This document shows positions 1-13,257 of a stretch of 64,000 nucleotides of DNA, piece by piece. Source of the DNA: Squalus acanthias (Eukaryota); contig JASTWF010000036.1 in the NCBI GenBank assembly GCA_030390025.1, positions 3,226,001-3,290,000 on the forward strand. The letters are read 5' to 3'. The notes below the pieces were generated by a model. It did not search any database, had not been told where the DNA came from, and saw only the letters and a program-made list of their open reading frames with translations. The position numbers and the translations under genes are program-made. The stretch's first letter is position 1; every line of letters starts with the position of its first letter.

Positions 1-70
1 AATACATGGCAAGGACCAGTGAGCAGTATGGAGGTTATTTGAGGCAGGGTATCACAGACCTCATTGCCAC

Positions 71-403
71 CCGTCTTTTGGATGAGACGTTAAACCGAGG
101 CCCCATCTGCCCTCTCAGGTGGATGTAAAAAGATCCCATAGCACTATTTCGAAGAGCAGGGGAGATCTCCCCGGTGTCCTGGGGCCAATATTTATCCCTC
201 AACCAACATCACTAAAAAAAGATTATCTGGTCATTTATCACATTGCTGTTTGTGGGAGCTTGCTGTGCGCAAATTGGCTGCCGCATTTCCCACATTACAA
301 CAGTGACTACACTTCAAAAAGTACTTCATTGGCTGTGAAGCATTTTGGGACCTCCTGAGGTCGTGAAAGGCGCTATATAAATGCAAAACTTTCTTTTTTC
401 TTT
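71..403 (+). mobile_element. 5'-truncated DeuSINE copy
   Basis: Deu domain plus tail as above. Further fragments at about 9965-10180 (-), 17808-17945 (-) and 53477-53636 (+). Confidence 0.8.
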
Positions 404-404
404 C

Positions 405-2297
405 AAAGTTCGGCTCTGAGGTGGACCTATGAGGGACTGCCCACCAGATGTGGCATGCCTGTAGCAGTCGTGGATCAGCTGACTGTTCTCAGGCTAATGG
501 CACATTTGAGCGATCAAGCAGCCCTGCGCAAGTGACGGTAGACGTGCCAGAATGTGAGCAGGACCAGGCAGCCAGGACAGCACTGGGCATGACTGGCTCA
601 GACCATCACAATGCACACCCCGGGAAGATCCAGGGACACTCGAATCACAGCGGGTGTGTGATGAAACCCTGCAGACAGCCAGCACACTCCTTCCTAAAGG
701 GAATCACTGAGGTAAAGCAGTAGGCTAGATGTGAAATGTAGCAAACAGTCCATAAACACTGCCATAAATCACACTAACATTCACACACCATAAAGTGGAC
801 TGAATTTGCAGCTATGAGGTTTGAATTCAGCTGCATTTGATTTCAAGGCTGTGCTTTGGGTTGAGTAAAGCAGGACCCCAGCAAAATATGAGAATAGACA
901 GTGTCTGAGGAACTGTGCAGGACAGTGTAGCTTGGGAAGGCTAAGTTGCAGATGTGGATTGCAGGTTTAAGAACTGGTGTCATGGTGCAAAGCCATCTTG
1001 AATTACTGCCCAGTGTGGCAGTCTTCCTTGTGGCACGGGTGGCTTGGCAGATAATTTCTCGTCACTTGTGCCCTCTAGCCCTGCCAGCCTGTCCTTCTGC
1101 TTCAACAGTGAGGCCTGTTTGCTGGGCACAGTTACGCACCATGAGATCTTGAGACATCTGAAGTGCTGCTTTCGGATCTCAATTGTATGTTCATGAACCA
1201 TTCTGGTTGTAGCACGATCCTCATTTTACCAGCGCTCTGCCATTGTCAATGGTTGGCGTAAAGATGTAACGAGCCAGGGCTGCAGAAGGTACCTCTGGCT
1301 TCCCACTCTATTCTCCCCTTCAAATAAGGGTGGCCCAGATGACTGTCTTAAAATGAAGGTCTCAGAAGAGCTCCCCAGAGAAGGGGACATTCACTTGCAT
1401 TATTCTGCGCTGGTGGTCACCTACCAGTTGCACATTGATAGCATGAAATCCCTCACACAGGGCACCACAGTGTACACTGCAGCCAGAATGACAGCGTGGG
1501 TGCAATCTGTGACCCCCCTGGAGTCTTGGAAAGCTAGCCGACCTGTAGAGTTGTGCTGCCCTCTCGTGCTGCCTTTGGTGGCTCGTGGTGAAAGTGATGC
1601 CCTGCAAAAAATCTCCTCGATCCACCTCTGGGCAACAAACTAGCTGGACAATGTCACCAGAGCTAGCTTGGAAGGACCCCAGAAAATCTGAGGACTGCGA
1701 TGACTTTGACAGTGCCTTACAGATGTTTGATTGTGTCTCGAGGTCCTCACTGAGGAGATGGCATGGCTTTCCTGCTTAGCCTCAGCCTCCTATGGCACTG
1801 TTCTTCAGTCACTTCCAGGAGTGGTGCTTGGTCATGGTAGACCCAACGTGTGGCATAGTAGAATTAGGTGATGAGATGCCTTGTGTGCCAGCTTGTATCA
1901 TGGGCTGACCTTTCTTGCTGTTGCTGGTTCTCCTCAGTGCTGATGAATCGAATAGCCATTGTGCACCAAATACTCTCGGCTCGAGCTCAGCTTTGTAGCG
2001 CATCATCTGTCAGCGCAGCCAAGCAGCCTAAGGGTTAAAAGCACTCCCACTGCGTGCAAAGTGGGAGCCTTAGAAACTGGTGGCACTTGGGATTTAAAGG
2101 CCTATTTTGCCAGCAATAATGACCTTAACCAGCTTAACACAGCGTTCAGCGCTAAAGTGCCGACAAGCCACTTCCTTCAAACTTGGCAGTGTGCGAAAAA
2201 TATGCATGAACTGCGTGCTCCTCTCTCCCGCTATTACTGCTTCACAGTGCACAATTTGCGCAGATGTTCAATGCGACACCAACAGTAATTTCCAGGC
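405..2297 (-). mobile_element. Decayed PIF/Harbinger transposon with transposase remnant (about 1130-1950)
   Basis: Minus-strand fragments EEQCHRRLRLSR, FPRLQG..DCTH, GFHAINVQLVGDHQRRIMQV, LQPWLVTSLRQP and EHTIEIRKQHFRCL follow the HARBI1/DDE_Tnp_4 motif order, with stops and frameshifts. Boundaries approximate. Confidence 0.8.
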
Positions 2298-2889
2298 ATC
2301 TACGCTCTTGTACCGAGAAGGATGCTGCTACTTTCTTCCATAAGCATAATCTTGGTGCTGGATCCCAGCATGACGTGAATAGGGGCCTTCCTTTTCTTGA
2401 CTAACTTGTTTGTCCCCCTCCTTTCCTAAAGGCACTGACCTCTGCCAGGGCATGGTTCCACGGATACCCTGGATACCCAACCCAAGTTGCTATTCTTCAT
2501 GTGCGAGATGATCAGCCAGCTATTTGACTGTGGGTGGAATCACAGCCAGGCCTGATCCTGGGGGTAAATTACCCGTGTGTGCTATGTGCGATGAAATCCT
2601 CAAACCCATTCTTTATGAATTGGTTGACGATTTCATAACAAAAAGTGCAGAGAGGAAATCTCCCTCCTGCCCCGCTCCATCTTCACCCATCAACCCCTTT
2701 CCTGCAGGGGTCACTGGATAGTGATCATGCACAGAAAACCTGGATGATTTTTACCACAGCCCAGGGGCCGTGAGGCCAATTGTAGTACCCCGTGAGCAGA
2801 CCAAAGGTCAAAGTTGGAACCTTCCTGGTCTATGCGGCTCACCAGTACAGGGCTGTGCATTTACACACTAAGCCATTGGGATATCTTCT

Positions 2890-3281
2890 TAGAATTTACA
2901 GCACAGAAACAGGCCATTCGGCCCATTAGGTCCATGCCGGTGTTTATGCTCCACACGAGCCTCCTTACACCCCTCTTCATCTCACCCCATCAACATATCC
3001 TTCTATTCCCTTCTCCCTCATGTGTTTATCCAGCTTTCCCTTAAATGCATCTATACTATTCGCCTCAACCACTCCCTGTGGTAGCGAGTTCCACATTCTC
3101 ACCACTCTCTGGGTAAAGAAGTTTCTCCTGAATTCCCTATTGGATTTATTAGTGACTATCTTATATTTATGGCCCCTAGTTCTGGTCTCCCCCACAAGTG
3201 GAAACATCTTCTCTACGTCTACCCTATCGAACCCTTTCATAATCTTAAAGACCTCGATCAGGTCACCCCTCAGCCTTCTCT
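2890..3281 (-). mobile_element. CR1 LINE 3' fragment
   Basis: KGFDRVD..TRGHKYKI..RRNFFTQRVVRMWNSLP..FKGKLDKHM. Confidence 0.88.
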
Positions 3282-3466
3282 TTGCTTTTCTCCTTTTTGT
3301 GACTCTTAAACGAAGAGGGAACTTGTGTACAGGAGATTTCGATCCAATTTCCTTTTAAGAAGAGCAGACTGTATGTCCCCTGTTGCAGCCTATACAATGT
3401 CCCCTGCTGCCCGACTTCAGGGAAACATGTTTTTAGTTCCATTGTCCTTTTACGATTGATTCTTAC

Positions 3467-3562
3467 CAGATCCCCGAGACACCTCTGCAGTTCTCTAATT
3501 CCAGATCAATTTGCTGGGGTTTGATGTATACCTGTTTCGTCACATTAATGACAGGACATGCT
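3467..3562 (-). CDS. ITGA7: Integrin alpha-7 coding exon (96 bp), start of thigh domain
   Basis: ttttcctcag|A GCA TGT CCT...ATC TG|gtaaga. Translates ACPVINVTKQVYIKPQQIDLELENCRGVSGI. Phase 2-2, consistent with the previous exon. Confidence 0.9.
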
Positions 3563-3697
3563 CTGAGGAAAAAGACAAAGATTCAGAAATGATGTGGGGA
3601 TACTGACACTCTGGCTTGTCCACAGTCTCAAACCTTTTTTATTTTTTTGTTGGAACTTCTCAATCATGAGTATTGTGCCTTGTTTTCCCATCTCATA

Positions 3698-4257
3698 GGG
3701 GTAAAAATCCAACACGGACTTGGAGCCAGCGCATGCCCAAAGCAAGAGGCCTGAGAATCGATGGAAATTGGTCCTCGGGCCTTATCTGAACAATCGGGGT
3801 GGGCTGTCGGGACTGATCGCGCCTCCACAGGCAGCTGGCCCAGCAGGAGACCTCAATGTTGGGCCTGCCTGCCTCACCGGCAGTGGTCCTCAGGTAAGTA
3901 CCGTGAGGGGAGTATTGGGATGCCTGTGGTGTCGGGGGGGAGCACTCCTCCTCCTCAAGAAGGGGTTTTCAAAAAGAAAATGTAAAATACTTACTTTTGG
4001 TTGACAGCTGCAGGGCCTGCTGAAGAATCCTGAGGGGTCCTTCAACAGGCATTAGGCCCCTCATTAATATATTCAGGAGGCCTAAGGCCTGCTTTAGGCC
4101 TCTGCCCGGGGGAGACGTGAAAAGTGGGCCCCACGACTTTAGCAGTGGGACCAACACCCGCGCAGATTGGGCGCAGGCCATCCCACTGCGAAACCGGTAC
4201 ACCTTGCGCCCGTTTTACGCCTGAAAAATGGGCGCCGCACAGACCAATTTCCAACCC
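3698..4257. mobile_element. GC-rich MITE
   Basis: GGGGTAAAAATCC...CCAATTTCCAACCC termini like the other MITEs; TSD not clean. Confidence 0.6.
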
Positions 4258-4591
4258 AATAGTCTTTCTGTAGCAGCCAATAGGGCAGGCAGATAATCTG
4301 CTCACAGGCATCTGTCAAATGCACTCAGTAACTGGCTATTTAGTTGGGATTGAAATTGCAGTTGAAAATGGTGAAAATTGATTTACCCTATAAATTTTTG
4401 TGGTAGGACAGCATTTTTATCTCCATTCCCTCCCTCCCCCGGTGCCCCAGCCATGTAAGGAATTGCAGGTGCCAACCCACATACTACTAGGCTGCAAGGG
4501 TGTCTGAAGAACTATGGGGCGAATGGACAAATAACCAAGATACGTCCATCTGTGCATTTTCTGTTACTTTTTCTAAGGGTCTCATAATCTT

Positions 4592-5346
4592 GGGGTGAAT
4601 TTTAACTCCCAAAAACGGGTGGGTTGGTGTCAGGTGAGATGTAAAAATGTTTCAAATCTCAAACCCAACCCCAACCTGCCCACTTCCGGGTTTAACGGAG
4701 GCGGGACAAGGGGCGGGCAGCCAACCCGCTCCCAGGAGGCGGGTTGGCCATTTAAATACTATAATGAGGCTGCGTGCCTCACATTTAGTTTCCCTTACAG
4801 GTTGAACCCTGGCCGGCCAGGTTTCCCAGGCCTCGGGAAACCTGGCAGCTGAAGGGAGACGAGGATAGCTTCAGGTAAAGGCAAGTGCCCTTACAGCACT
4901 GTTTGTGGGCCAGGAGGAGCAGGAGTGCTTCCCCCCACCCCAGCCTCCCAAGCTTACTGCCTTCCCCGGGATTGGACGCCCCCAGCAGACCCCTCCCCAT
5001 CCAAACACCACCGCACCCACCAATTAGGGATCAGACCCGCCCCCGCTCCTCAGGGCTGGGGATTGGACCGCACCCCCCCCCCCCCACTCTGGTGCCAGAG
5101 ATCGGACCCCGCCACTCCACCCCACCACCACCCCCCCACCCCCACACTCCCACTAGCAGCTGCAGGCTCCCTACCTGAGGCTGCGGCCTGCTCCGGAGTG
5201 CTCCCAGCCCGACTGGAAGCCAAGCCTGTCAATCAGGCTGACTTCCAGGCGGGGATCCTGTCAAAAAAAAACTCCACAGCATGTGGGCCCGTCCGAAACT
5301 CCGCCCCCCGCCGACCGGAAAACCCGTCCCTGTCAATATCGGGGCC
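4592..5346. mobile_element. GC-rich MITE
   Basis: GGGGTGAATTTT start and AATATCGGGGCC end; abuts the next MITE. Confidence 0.6.
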
Positions 5347-5349
5347 TTT

Positions 5350-6130
5350 GGGCTGGATTTTGAATGACCCATGGAGTCGGGTTTGGAGGCGTGTGGGGGG
5401 TTAAATTTGCGGGGTCGGGGGTCCCAACCCCATCCCGACTCCATCCCGGCTCCACGCAATTTTGACAAAATCAGTCGCGGGGTTCCCGACTCCGTCCCGC
5501 CTCCAAAAGGCGGGAGAGGCCATTAAAGCCCTTAACAAGCCCTAAATTGGCTCTGTAATGCCATTTTGAAACGTTTTAGCTAGTTTAACCCTTTTCTGAT
5601 GTGAAGTACGCCTGGTGTGAAACACTCCAGTGAAACCTGGCGGGAGCACAAGTGGATAGCTGACTATGAGCTGCAGGTCCACTATTACAACAGAGATGTG
5701 ATGAAGGTAGTAGTAGTATTAGGTCTGAAAGTCGCCTCTGATGCTGCTGCATTGAATGTGTTCAGAGACTGCCTGGCCTTTGCTGTGAGAGGACTTGGAT
5801 GCAAAAAAATTCTCATTCTCTCTCTCTCTCTCTCTCCCTCTCTTCTCCCCCCCCCCATTTTTGCATTCAGGTCCACTCACATCAAAAGCAAGCCACGCAG
5901 GCCCTCTCTCACCAACAGTCTCTGAGACTAGGCAGTCAGCAATGATGACATCATCAGAGGCGACTTTCAGACTGAAAACACTAATTAGTTCATGGGTTCC
6001 CACATGCTGGAACTCAATTGCCCAATTAAGTGAAAATTGCATCATTCATCCACATTAATCTGGAGTCGGGGGGGAACCACGAAATGCAGATGACACGACC
6101 CCAACCCGACCCCAAGACAAAATCCAGCCC
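5350..6130. mobile_element. MITE with perfect 13-bp TIR
   Basis: GGGCTGGATTTTG / CAAAATCCAGCCC; internal inverted repeat GTCTGAAAGTCGCCTCTGATG / CATCAGAGGCGACTTTCAGAC flanking a (TC)n tract. Confidence 0.75.
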
Positions 6131-6878
6131 ACTTTGTCTCCGATTTTTTCTCCTTTCTGGTCTTTGCGGGCAATACTTTCAGCCAAGGCTGATCTCCTCC
6201 CAAGCTTTTACCTAAGACGTTCTTGAGCCAATGATATAAGAATGACCCGATATCTACTTTGCTTTTGATTTTTTTCTTCCCTTCCTTCTTTGGCAGACAG
6301 CTGGCTGGAGATCGGGAACTCAGTGAAGGATCAAGTCTGTTTCCCGCTGGTCTGTCGCACCATGTGTTGTTGTTCTAAAGAGGACCCCTGATACGCCACT
6401 AGATTGAACAGAAAGATGTATCCAAATGGCCTGCATTTGACCAACAGGTCCTTCTGAATATCCAAATTCTGACCCAATTTCTGCTACTTCAAACTTGATG
6501 CCCACAGCAGACCAGCACTGAACCAGCTCATTTCATTTTATTGGGTGCAATAGCAAAAGAGAGACACCTCAGAACAAAGTGACCAACAGGAGTTATATCC
6601 CGTTACTTATAAATTCACACTTTGCTCATTTGAACAGTCCAATAAACATTAAATCCCAAGAATTATACCCCCTCCACTCTCTGGTCACAGGACTGGCTTG
6701 GACGAAGGTGGTACTCCAACCCATTGGCTCTCCTCCTTCCAGAATCCCAACCCTACTGCCTCTCTATTACAGCATCCAGCTGTTTCTCAAATGAGTCCTG
6801 GCCTCCAGCGCTTTTCCCAGCAATCCAATCCAGCTGTTGAGCACCCTGTGTGTAAAGGAATACTCCCTGAGGCCTCAC

Positions 6879-7006
6879 CTGAACAGCACCACAGAGTCTG
6901 AGAGCGACCCGACCACCATATCGGGGTAAAAATTATCATCGATGTCTATTCCTCCGGCTATGGAGTATCCGAATTTTGTCACTCCGACAGTTTCGCCTTC
7001 AATTAT
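6879..7006 (-). CDS. ITGA7: Integrin alpha-7 coding exon (128 bp), last FG-GAP repeat
   Basis: cttag|ATA ATT...TTC AG|gtgagg. Translates IIEGETVGVTKFGYSIAGGIDIDDNFYPDMVVGSLSDSVVLFR. Confidence 0.94.
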
Positions 7007-7190
7007 CTAAGAGCACAAAAACACAGTTCAACAGTACGAAAGAATTGCTGTTCGACGTAAGGGCTGAATTCTGAAATCACGTATCCCCTCAATTCACCCA
7101 TATTCTCATTTTCTAGTAAGCTCATCTTGGCTCAATTTGCATTAAAGGTCCCTGAAACAGCTAACTCTAGAGCCAGCCTTACCACATATT

Positions 7191-7956
7191 GGGGGCAATT
7201 TTGACTTTGGCCGATAGTGTAGATCGGTCGATATTGAATCAGTCGCCCGTTATGTAAGAACACATCATCGCTGTAAAGTAACTTGACTAAACTCAAAGTT
7301 GACCAAATTTAATGGACCAGCATACCTTGAGAGACTGAGGGTCGTGTTACTGGGCAAATTCTGTAAAAATCACAGATAAGGAAGTGGGCCTTGAGAGTTC
7401 TGTAAAACAAACCTTCGAGCCATTGTTAACAGGAACTTCTTCAGACAATGGCGTAACCGGCCTTGAGGCCCACTGACTAACAGGTAAGGAGAGGAGAAAG
7501 AAAAACAACCACTGGCCATTGTTAACGTGGTCTGGGACACGTGCGCATTGGGTGGGCTGCTAAGTTTTGGGATATAAAAAGTGCAGTCGACAGACACTAG
7601 GGGCTGCTGCAGTAAGTCGGGTGACTTGATCGGTCACACAGAGAAGAGAACTTACTCGTCACCGCCGAACTGATCACTCGCTGGTGTTAGGATGCATGTT
7701 AGCTTGTACTTGCTTGTAATCGCTGTTGATTTTAAGTAAAGAATAGCTACCCTGAAATCTTTGTCTCGAGTTGTCAGTTCCAATACGGGTCCGAACTCTA
7801 AGTACTGTTAGACTGGAGTAAAAATTTACGCGTCTTACAGTTATACATCTCTCCTGATTTGACCTCAATAGAAATGAATATCAGGAGAGGTGTACAGCGG
7901 GCAGCTCATCCAATATCGCTTGTTTTACACTTTTACCCAAAGTTAAAATTACCCCC
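7191..7956. mobile_element. Short palindromic MITE hosting the solo LTR
   Basis: GGGGGCAATTTTGACTTTGG / CCAAAGTTAAAATTACCCCC; TSD ATT. The arms are complementary once the LTR is removed. Confidence 0.82.
7253..7839 (+). mobile_element. Solo LTR (587 bp)
   Basis: Terminal inverted repeat TGTAAGA...TCTTACA; 4-bp TSD GTTA (7249-7252, 7840-7843); TATAAAAA near 7573 and AGTAAA near 7735. Strand inferred from those two motifs. Confidence 0.85.
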
Positions 7957-8849
7957 ATTCACTCCATTGAACGGAGACACATATTGCTTCTTCCGCACTC
8001 TACAGCTATTGACACCAATCAGTCCCATTGTTCCTTATGAGTGTTAACACTGGGCCCACGGCATCGTGGGCCCAATGCCAAAGGTACCAATCAGTAGACA
8101 TTACAGTTCCACTGCTGTACTATTCTTCCCCCTTCTTCACCCCTATCCATTTTGAAGTGAATTTTCGTCTCCTCAGAGAGAATGATCTCCACTGGGGAAT
8201 GGAACACTTTCTCACTCTTTGAACCATACACTCCAAGGTCAAATATAGCACAGGCCAGGGTAAAGCACCACAGCAAGGTCCACTAACCCCGACCTCAGAG
8301 AGCACTCAGTACCAGTAGAATATTTCCATTTTCCACCCTTGTGGACTCTGTGAGCAGGACTATGGAACACATTTTTCTCTTTAGCGCTTTCTGAGCCGAG
8401 CATAGAAAGGAGAAGCGGGCAGGGATTACCACCTACAGCATAGCCCACTCGAATGCCGATTATCCTCCCCGGCCCATTTACACCCAAGAGGAAAATCTGG
8501 CCCTCTGCGTTTAGTACCAAGTTATGGACAGCTTTGTGCCATGATCTCACACTTGATTGAAACTGGTTTCAGACTGACACAAACCCATTTCATTTGGATC
8601 CTTACAGCAGGCAAAGAAAATAGAATTTCATCCCCTTTATTTGGACTGGATTCAAAGCAATAGTCCCACAGGTGAATGGAGACTATTCTGACCCCCAGTG
8701 TGCACCACCCTGGACCTGTGGAAATTCGAATGATTCCGTAAATGATCCCACTTGGAATAATGGAATTGCCCCAGTCTCCAAAGATCTAAGTTATGAGCCT
8801 GCAATATCAGTTGACTCAGCCAAGTTAGAAACAGAAGATAAAACCATGT

Positions 8850-9407
8850 TTTTTTTAAATACATTTATGAGATGTGGGCGTCGCTGGCAAGGCCAGCATT
8901 TATTGCCCATCCCTAATTGCCCTTGAGAAGGTGGTGGTGAGCCACCTTCTTGAACCGCTGCAGTCCGTGTGGTGAAGGTGCTCCCACAGTGCTGTTAGAG
9001 AGGGAGTTCCAGGACTTTCACCCAGCGACGATGAAGGATCGGCGATATACTTCCAAGTCAGGATGGTGTGTGACTTGGAGGGGAACTTGGAGGTGGTGGT
9101 GTTCCCATGCGCCTGCTGCCCTTGTCCTTCTAGGTGGAAGAGGTCGCAGGTTTGGGAGGTGCTGCCGAAGAAACCTCGGTGAGTTGCTGCAGTGCATCTT
9201 GTAGATGTGACACACTGCAGCCACGGTACGTCGGTGGTGGAGGGAGTGAATATTTAAGGTGGTGGATGGGGTGCCAATCGAGCGGGCTGCTTTGTCCTGG
9301 ATGGTGTCGAGCTTCTTGAGTGTTGTTGGAGCTGCACTCATCCAGGTAAGTGGAGATTATTCCATCACACTCCTGACTTGTGACTTGTAGGTGGTGGAAA
9401 GGCTTTG
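8850..9407 (-). mobile_element. CR1-Zenon-like LINE 3' fragment
   Basis: Same family as 31862-32773. Confidence 0.85.
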
Positions 9408-9478
9408 TGATTCTTAAACCCCTTCATAAACAGAGACTGTACTTCTTTTAATTAACCGTGTACATTCCCGATAGGTAC

Positions 9479-9567
9479 CTGAGCCGGTATCACATTAAGC
9501 CCGAAGTTGTTTCCATGGTAGATGTAGACCTTCCCATGTCCATCGTAGGGGGCCCCAACAGCAATGT
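9479..9567 (-). CDS. ITGA7: Integrin alpha-7 coding exon (89 bp)
   Basis: ttctgtaag|AC ATT...GCT CAG|gtacct. Translates [30 protein letters not shown]. Phase 1 to 0. Confidence 0.93.
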
Positions 9568-12500
9568 CTTACAGAACAAGAGAAAATTGTTTTTAATTCA
9601 GTCAGCTTAAGCAAGTACATAACATGCTGAGTAAAACACTTCCAATGTTTCGGGTTGCTAGAATTAGTCAGCAACACTTGGATTTTTGAAAGTGGTAGTT
9701 CACAACCAGGTTTCTCAACCAGATTCACTCTGTAACTTGGCAGCTCAGAAAACTTTTTCCGCTGGTGGGGGAGTCGAGGACAAGGGGACATAACCTTAAA
9801 ATCAGAACCCGGCCATTCAGGAGAGAAGTTAGGAAACACTTTTTCACGCAAAAAGTGGTAGAAGGGGAAAACTCTCTCCCACAAAAAGCAGTAGATGCTA
9901 GCTCAATTAATCATTTTAAATCTGAGATTGATAGATTTTTGCTAGCCAAGGTGTATTCAGGGATAAAAGAAAGAAAGACTTGCATTTCTACAGCGCCTTT
10001 CACGACCTTAAGACGTCCCAAAGCGCTTTACAGCCAATGAACTACTTTTAAAGTGTTGTAAGGTAGGGAAACGTGGCAGCCAATTTGCGCACAGCAAGCA
10101 CCCACAAACAGCAATGTGTTAATGACCAGCTAATCTGTTTTTTTTTAGTGATGTTGATTGAGAGATAAATATTGGCCAGGATATGGAGCCATGGCGAGTA
10201 AATGGAGTTACGATACAGATCAGCCATGTTCTCATTGAATGGCGGAACAGACTCGAGGGGCTGAATGGCCTCCTCCTGTTCCGATGTTTACTCACCATCC
10301 CAACACTGGAGATTTGGGGCTGAATTGCCCTCTGTGATATGTGCATTCCTTCACTCACAGCCTCTTGTGTTGGGCATCAGTAAATGATCTGCAGTTGCTC
10401 GTTTCCCGCACCTTTTATCACTCCCATTAAGGAATGCTGACTGCCACTTGGGTTGTATTCCACCCGATGGCAAGCAGGGGGCCTTCACACTCGCTGCTGT
10501 TTGTCTTAATGGAGAAAGTGGCCCGCAGTCAACGACGGAGAACTGCCAAAGCTGGTGGAATCCCCCAGCCTTCGACCCCCTACCAAAGCGCTGGAAAAAT
10601 TGAGCAGCCAAAAAGGGAAGCAGTGGGAGGTGGGATAGTAGGAGGGGAGGGGCCAGCTGCAGGTTGGCAATGAAATGTCAGTTCCTGCAGCACACATATT
10701 ATCTGTCATCACAACACATTGTGAATGCTTAAACTTCTGCCTTGTCCTGAAGGCACTGTGGTCACTGTGAAGCTCATCTACCCCTGCTTACCTCTTCTCT
10801 TTCCGCCCTCCAAATGTACAAAAGCAACCAACTGAGGAACAGCACCCAGAGGAACCTGATCACCTTGCTTCACAGCTGCCCAGTGCCTCCCAGAGAATAG
10901 TGGGCCTCTGGACGAGCTGCCGGCTCATGCGGTGGACGCCAATTCGCCCAATTCCTTCAAGCGAGAGCTGGACCTGTTTCTGGCTGGGACGGAGATCACC
11001 TTGTACAGAAGGTAGGAACTGCATAGGATTATCAGGGCCAGAGTGGCCTCCTGGACTTGTTCTGATCACCTAAACTGGTCGGAGAGGAATTTCCCAGATT
11101 CTTTTTCCCAAATTGGCCTGGTTTTTCGCCTCTCCCAGGAGATCACATGGTCTCGGGTAGGGTGGGGTGGGGAGTGTATACTGTGATGCACAAGGCATCG
11201 CAGTTGTGTGGGACAGGCTGGATGGACCAGAGGGTCTGTCATTGTTTGTATGTTCCGATTGCCATTCATTCCCTACCAAGCACCAGCCCAGAGATAGCCA
11301 CCTGTGGACGGGCGAGGGTGAGTAATTAGTAACCCTAAAGGGGAGCACACAGGGTGACGCACTGAGCACAGGTTGCCTGGAGGAGACGGAGGTGCAAGGT
11401 GAGGAGGCAGTCATTACAGTCAGGAAACATCAGCCCTCGGGACCCAGGGGAGCATCTTAAGCATGCTGGGGTAAGGTGTCAACAGCCCTCTGGTAACTCG
11501 CTCAAGTGCCGACTCTTCACGTGTGAGCCTAGAGAGTGAGTACCAACAGGCTGTTCAGCTATGGGAGTTATCACAGCTTAGCCTGATCCTTAGCAAATTT
11601 GCAGCAGTGGTCACTGGGTAGCGATCAGGGTTGGGCACTGAGTTGATTTTTTTCCCACTCCCAAGCTAAGGGACATGAAGGCTGATCGTAGCAACCCAAC
11701 TGCTGCCTTGGCTGAGATCACTTAACTCAGCACTGACCAGCAATCAAACCTGGGACGTTCTGGTCCAGATAGTTCAGTGTCACACTAGATGGCGCACTTA
11801 CTCACTAAGTCACGAATCAAATGGACACTGTTGAAACACTGCTAGATTAGGGAAATACAACACATTGAGCAAAATGATTTATTTTATCTGTAGATTTTTT
11901 AAAAGTTGCAAAATTACTGACTGGGAAAATGGTGTAACTCCAATGATCTGGAATGATGCTTAATAATCTGGAGTGTTGTGCCTGAAAGGATGGTGGAGTA
12001 GATTCAATCGTAACTTTCAAAATGGGAAAACATTTCCACGCTATGGGGAAAGAGCAGGGGGGAGTGGGACTAATTGGATAGCTCTTTTCAAAGAGCCGGC
12101 ACAGGCACGATGGGCCGAATGGCCTCCTTCTGTGCTGTGAGATTCTTTAATTCTATACAATACATTCAGAGAGCTCAGTCCATTTGAAAAGGGGGAGAAC
12201 CGTCAGTTTAGGAACAGAACTTAAGCTGTATATATTCAGGATTCTGAAATGTCAACAATAAATTTTATTTAGGCACAAAAGTGGCCAGAATTCCTCAGGC
12301 CTCGCTCCATTGGAAGTGTGGTGGAGCAGAACTTGCGGCCGCCAGATTGGCCCAGGGCTGGCCCCGTCCCAAATCCTGGGGTGGGCAGGGTCATTTACAT
12401 AAAGGGGAAGGGCATCTACACCATTAACAGTATTCCTCGGGCATCTGCCCCACAGAGGGGCAAGAAAATCAGAGAACCTAGGCACTACATAAGAGCATAA

Positions 12501-12648
12501 GAAATAGGAGCAGGAGTCGGCCATACGGCCCCTCGAGCCTGTTCTGTCATTCAATAAGATCATGGCTGATCTTCGACCTCAACTCCACTTTCCCGCCCTA
12601 TCCCCATATCCCTTGATTCCCCCAGAGTCCAAAAATCTATCGATCTCA

Positions 12649-13257
12649 GGGATGTGGGCGTCGCTGGCAAGGCCAGCATTTATTGCCCATCCCTAATTGC
12701 CCTTGAGAAGGTGGTGGTGCGCCGCCTTCTTGAACCGCTGCAGTCTGTGTGGTGAAGGTACTCCCACAGTGCTGTTAGGTAGGGAGTTCCAGGATTTTGG
12801 CCTAGCGACGATGAAGGAACGGCGATATATTTCCAAGTCAGGATGGTGTGTGACTTGGAGGGGAACTTGGAGGTGATGGTAAGCTTGCTGCCCTTGTCCT
12901 TCTAGGTGGAAGAGGTCGCGGGTTTGGGAGGTGCTGTCGAAGAAGCCTTGGCGAGTTGCTGCAGTGCATCTTGTAGATGGTACACACTGCAGCCACAGTA
13001 CGCCGGTGGTGGAGGGAGTGAATGTTTAAGGTGGTAGAGGGGATGCCAATCAAGCTGGCTGCTTTGTCCTGGATGGTGTTGAGCTTCTTGAGTGTTGTTG
13101 GAGCTGCACTCATCCAGGCAAGTGGAGAGTATTCCATCACACTCCTGACTTGTGCCTTGTAGATGGTGGAAAGGCTTTGGGGAGTCAGGAGGTGAGACAC
13201 TCGCCACAGAATACCCAGCCTCTGACCTGCTCTTGTTGCCAGTGTTTATGTGGCTGG
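12649..13257 (-). mobile_element. CR1-Zenon-like LINE 3' fragment, abutting a CR1 tail (12488-12648)
   Basis: Same family as 31862-32773. Confidence 0.85.

Noticed and set aside
11330..11338. TAACCCTAA as a telomerase RNA template
   Set aside because: It is an isolated 9-mer with no pseudoknot or CR4/5 features recognised. The structured element at 44927-45666 also lacks a template.
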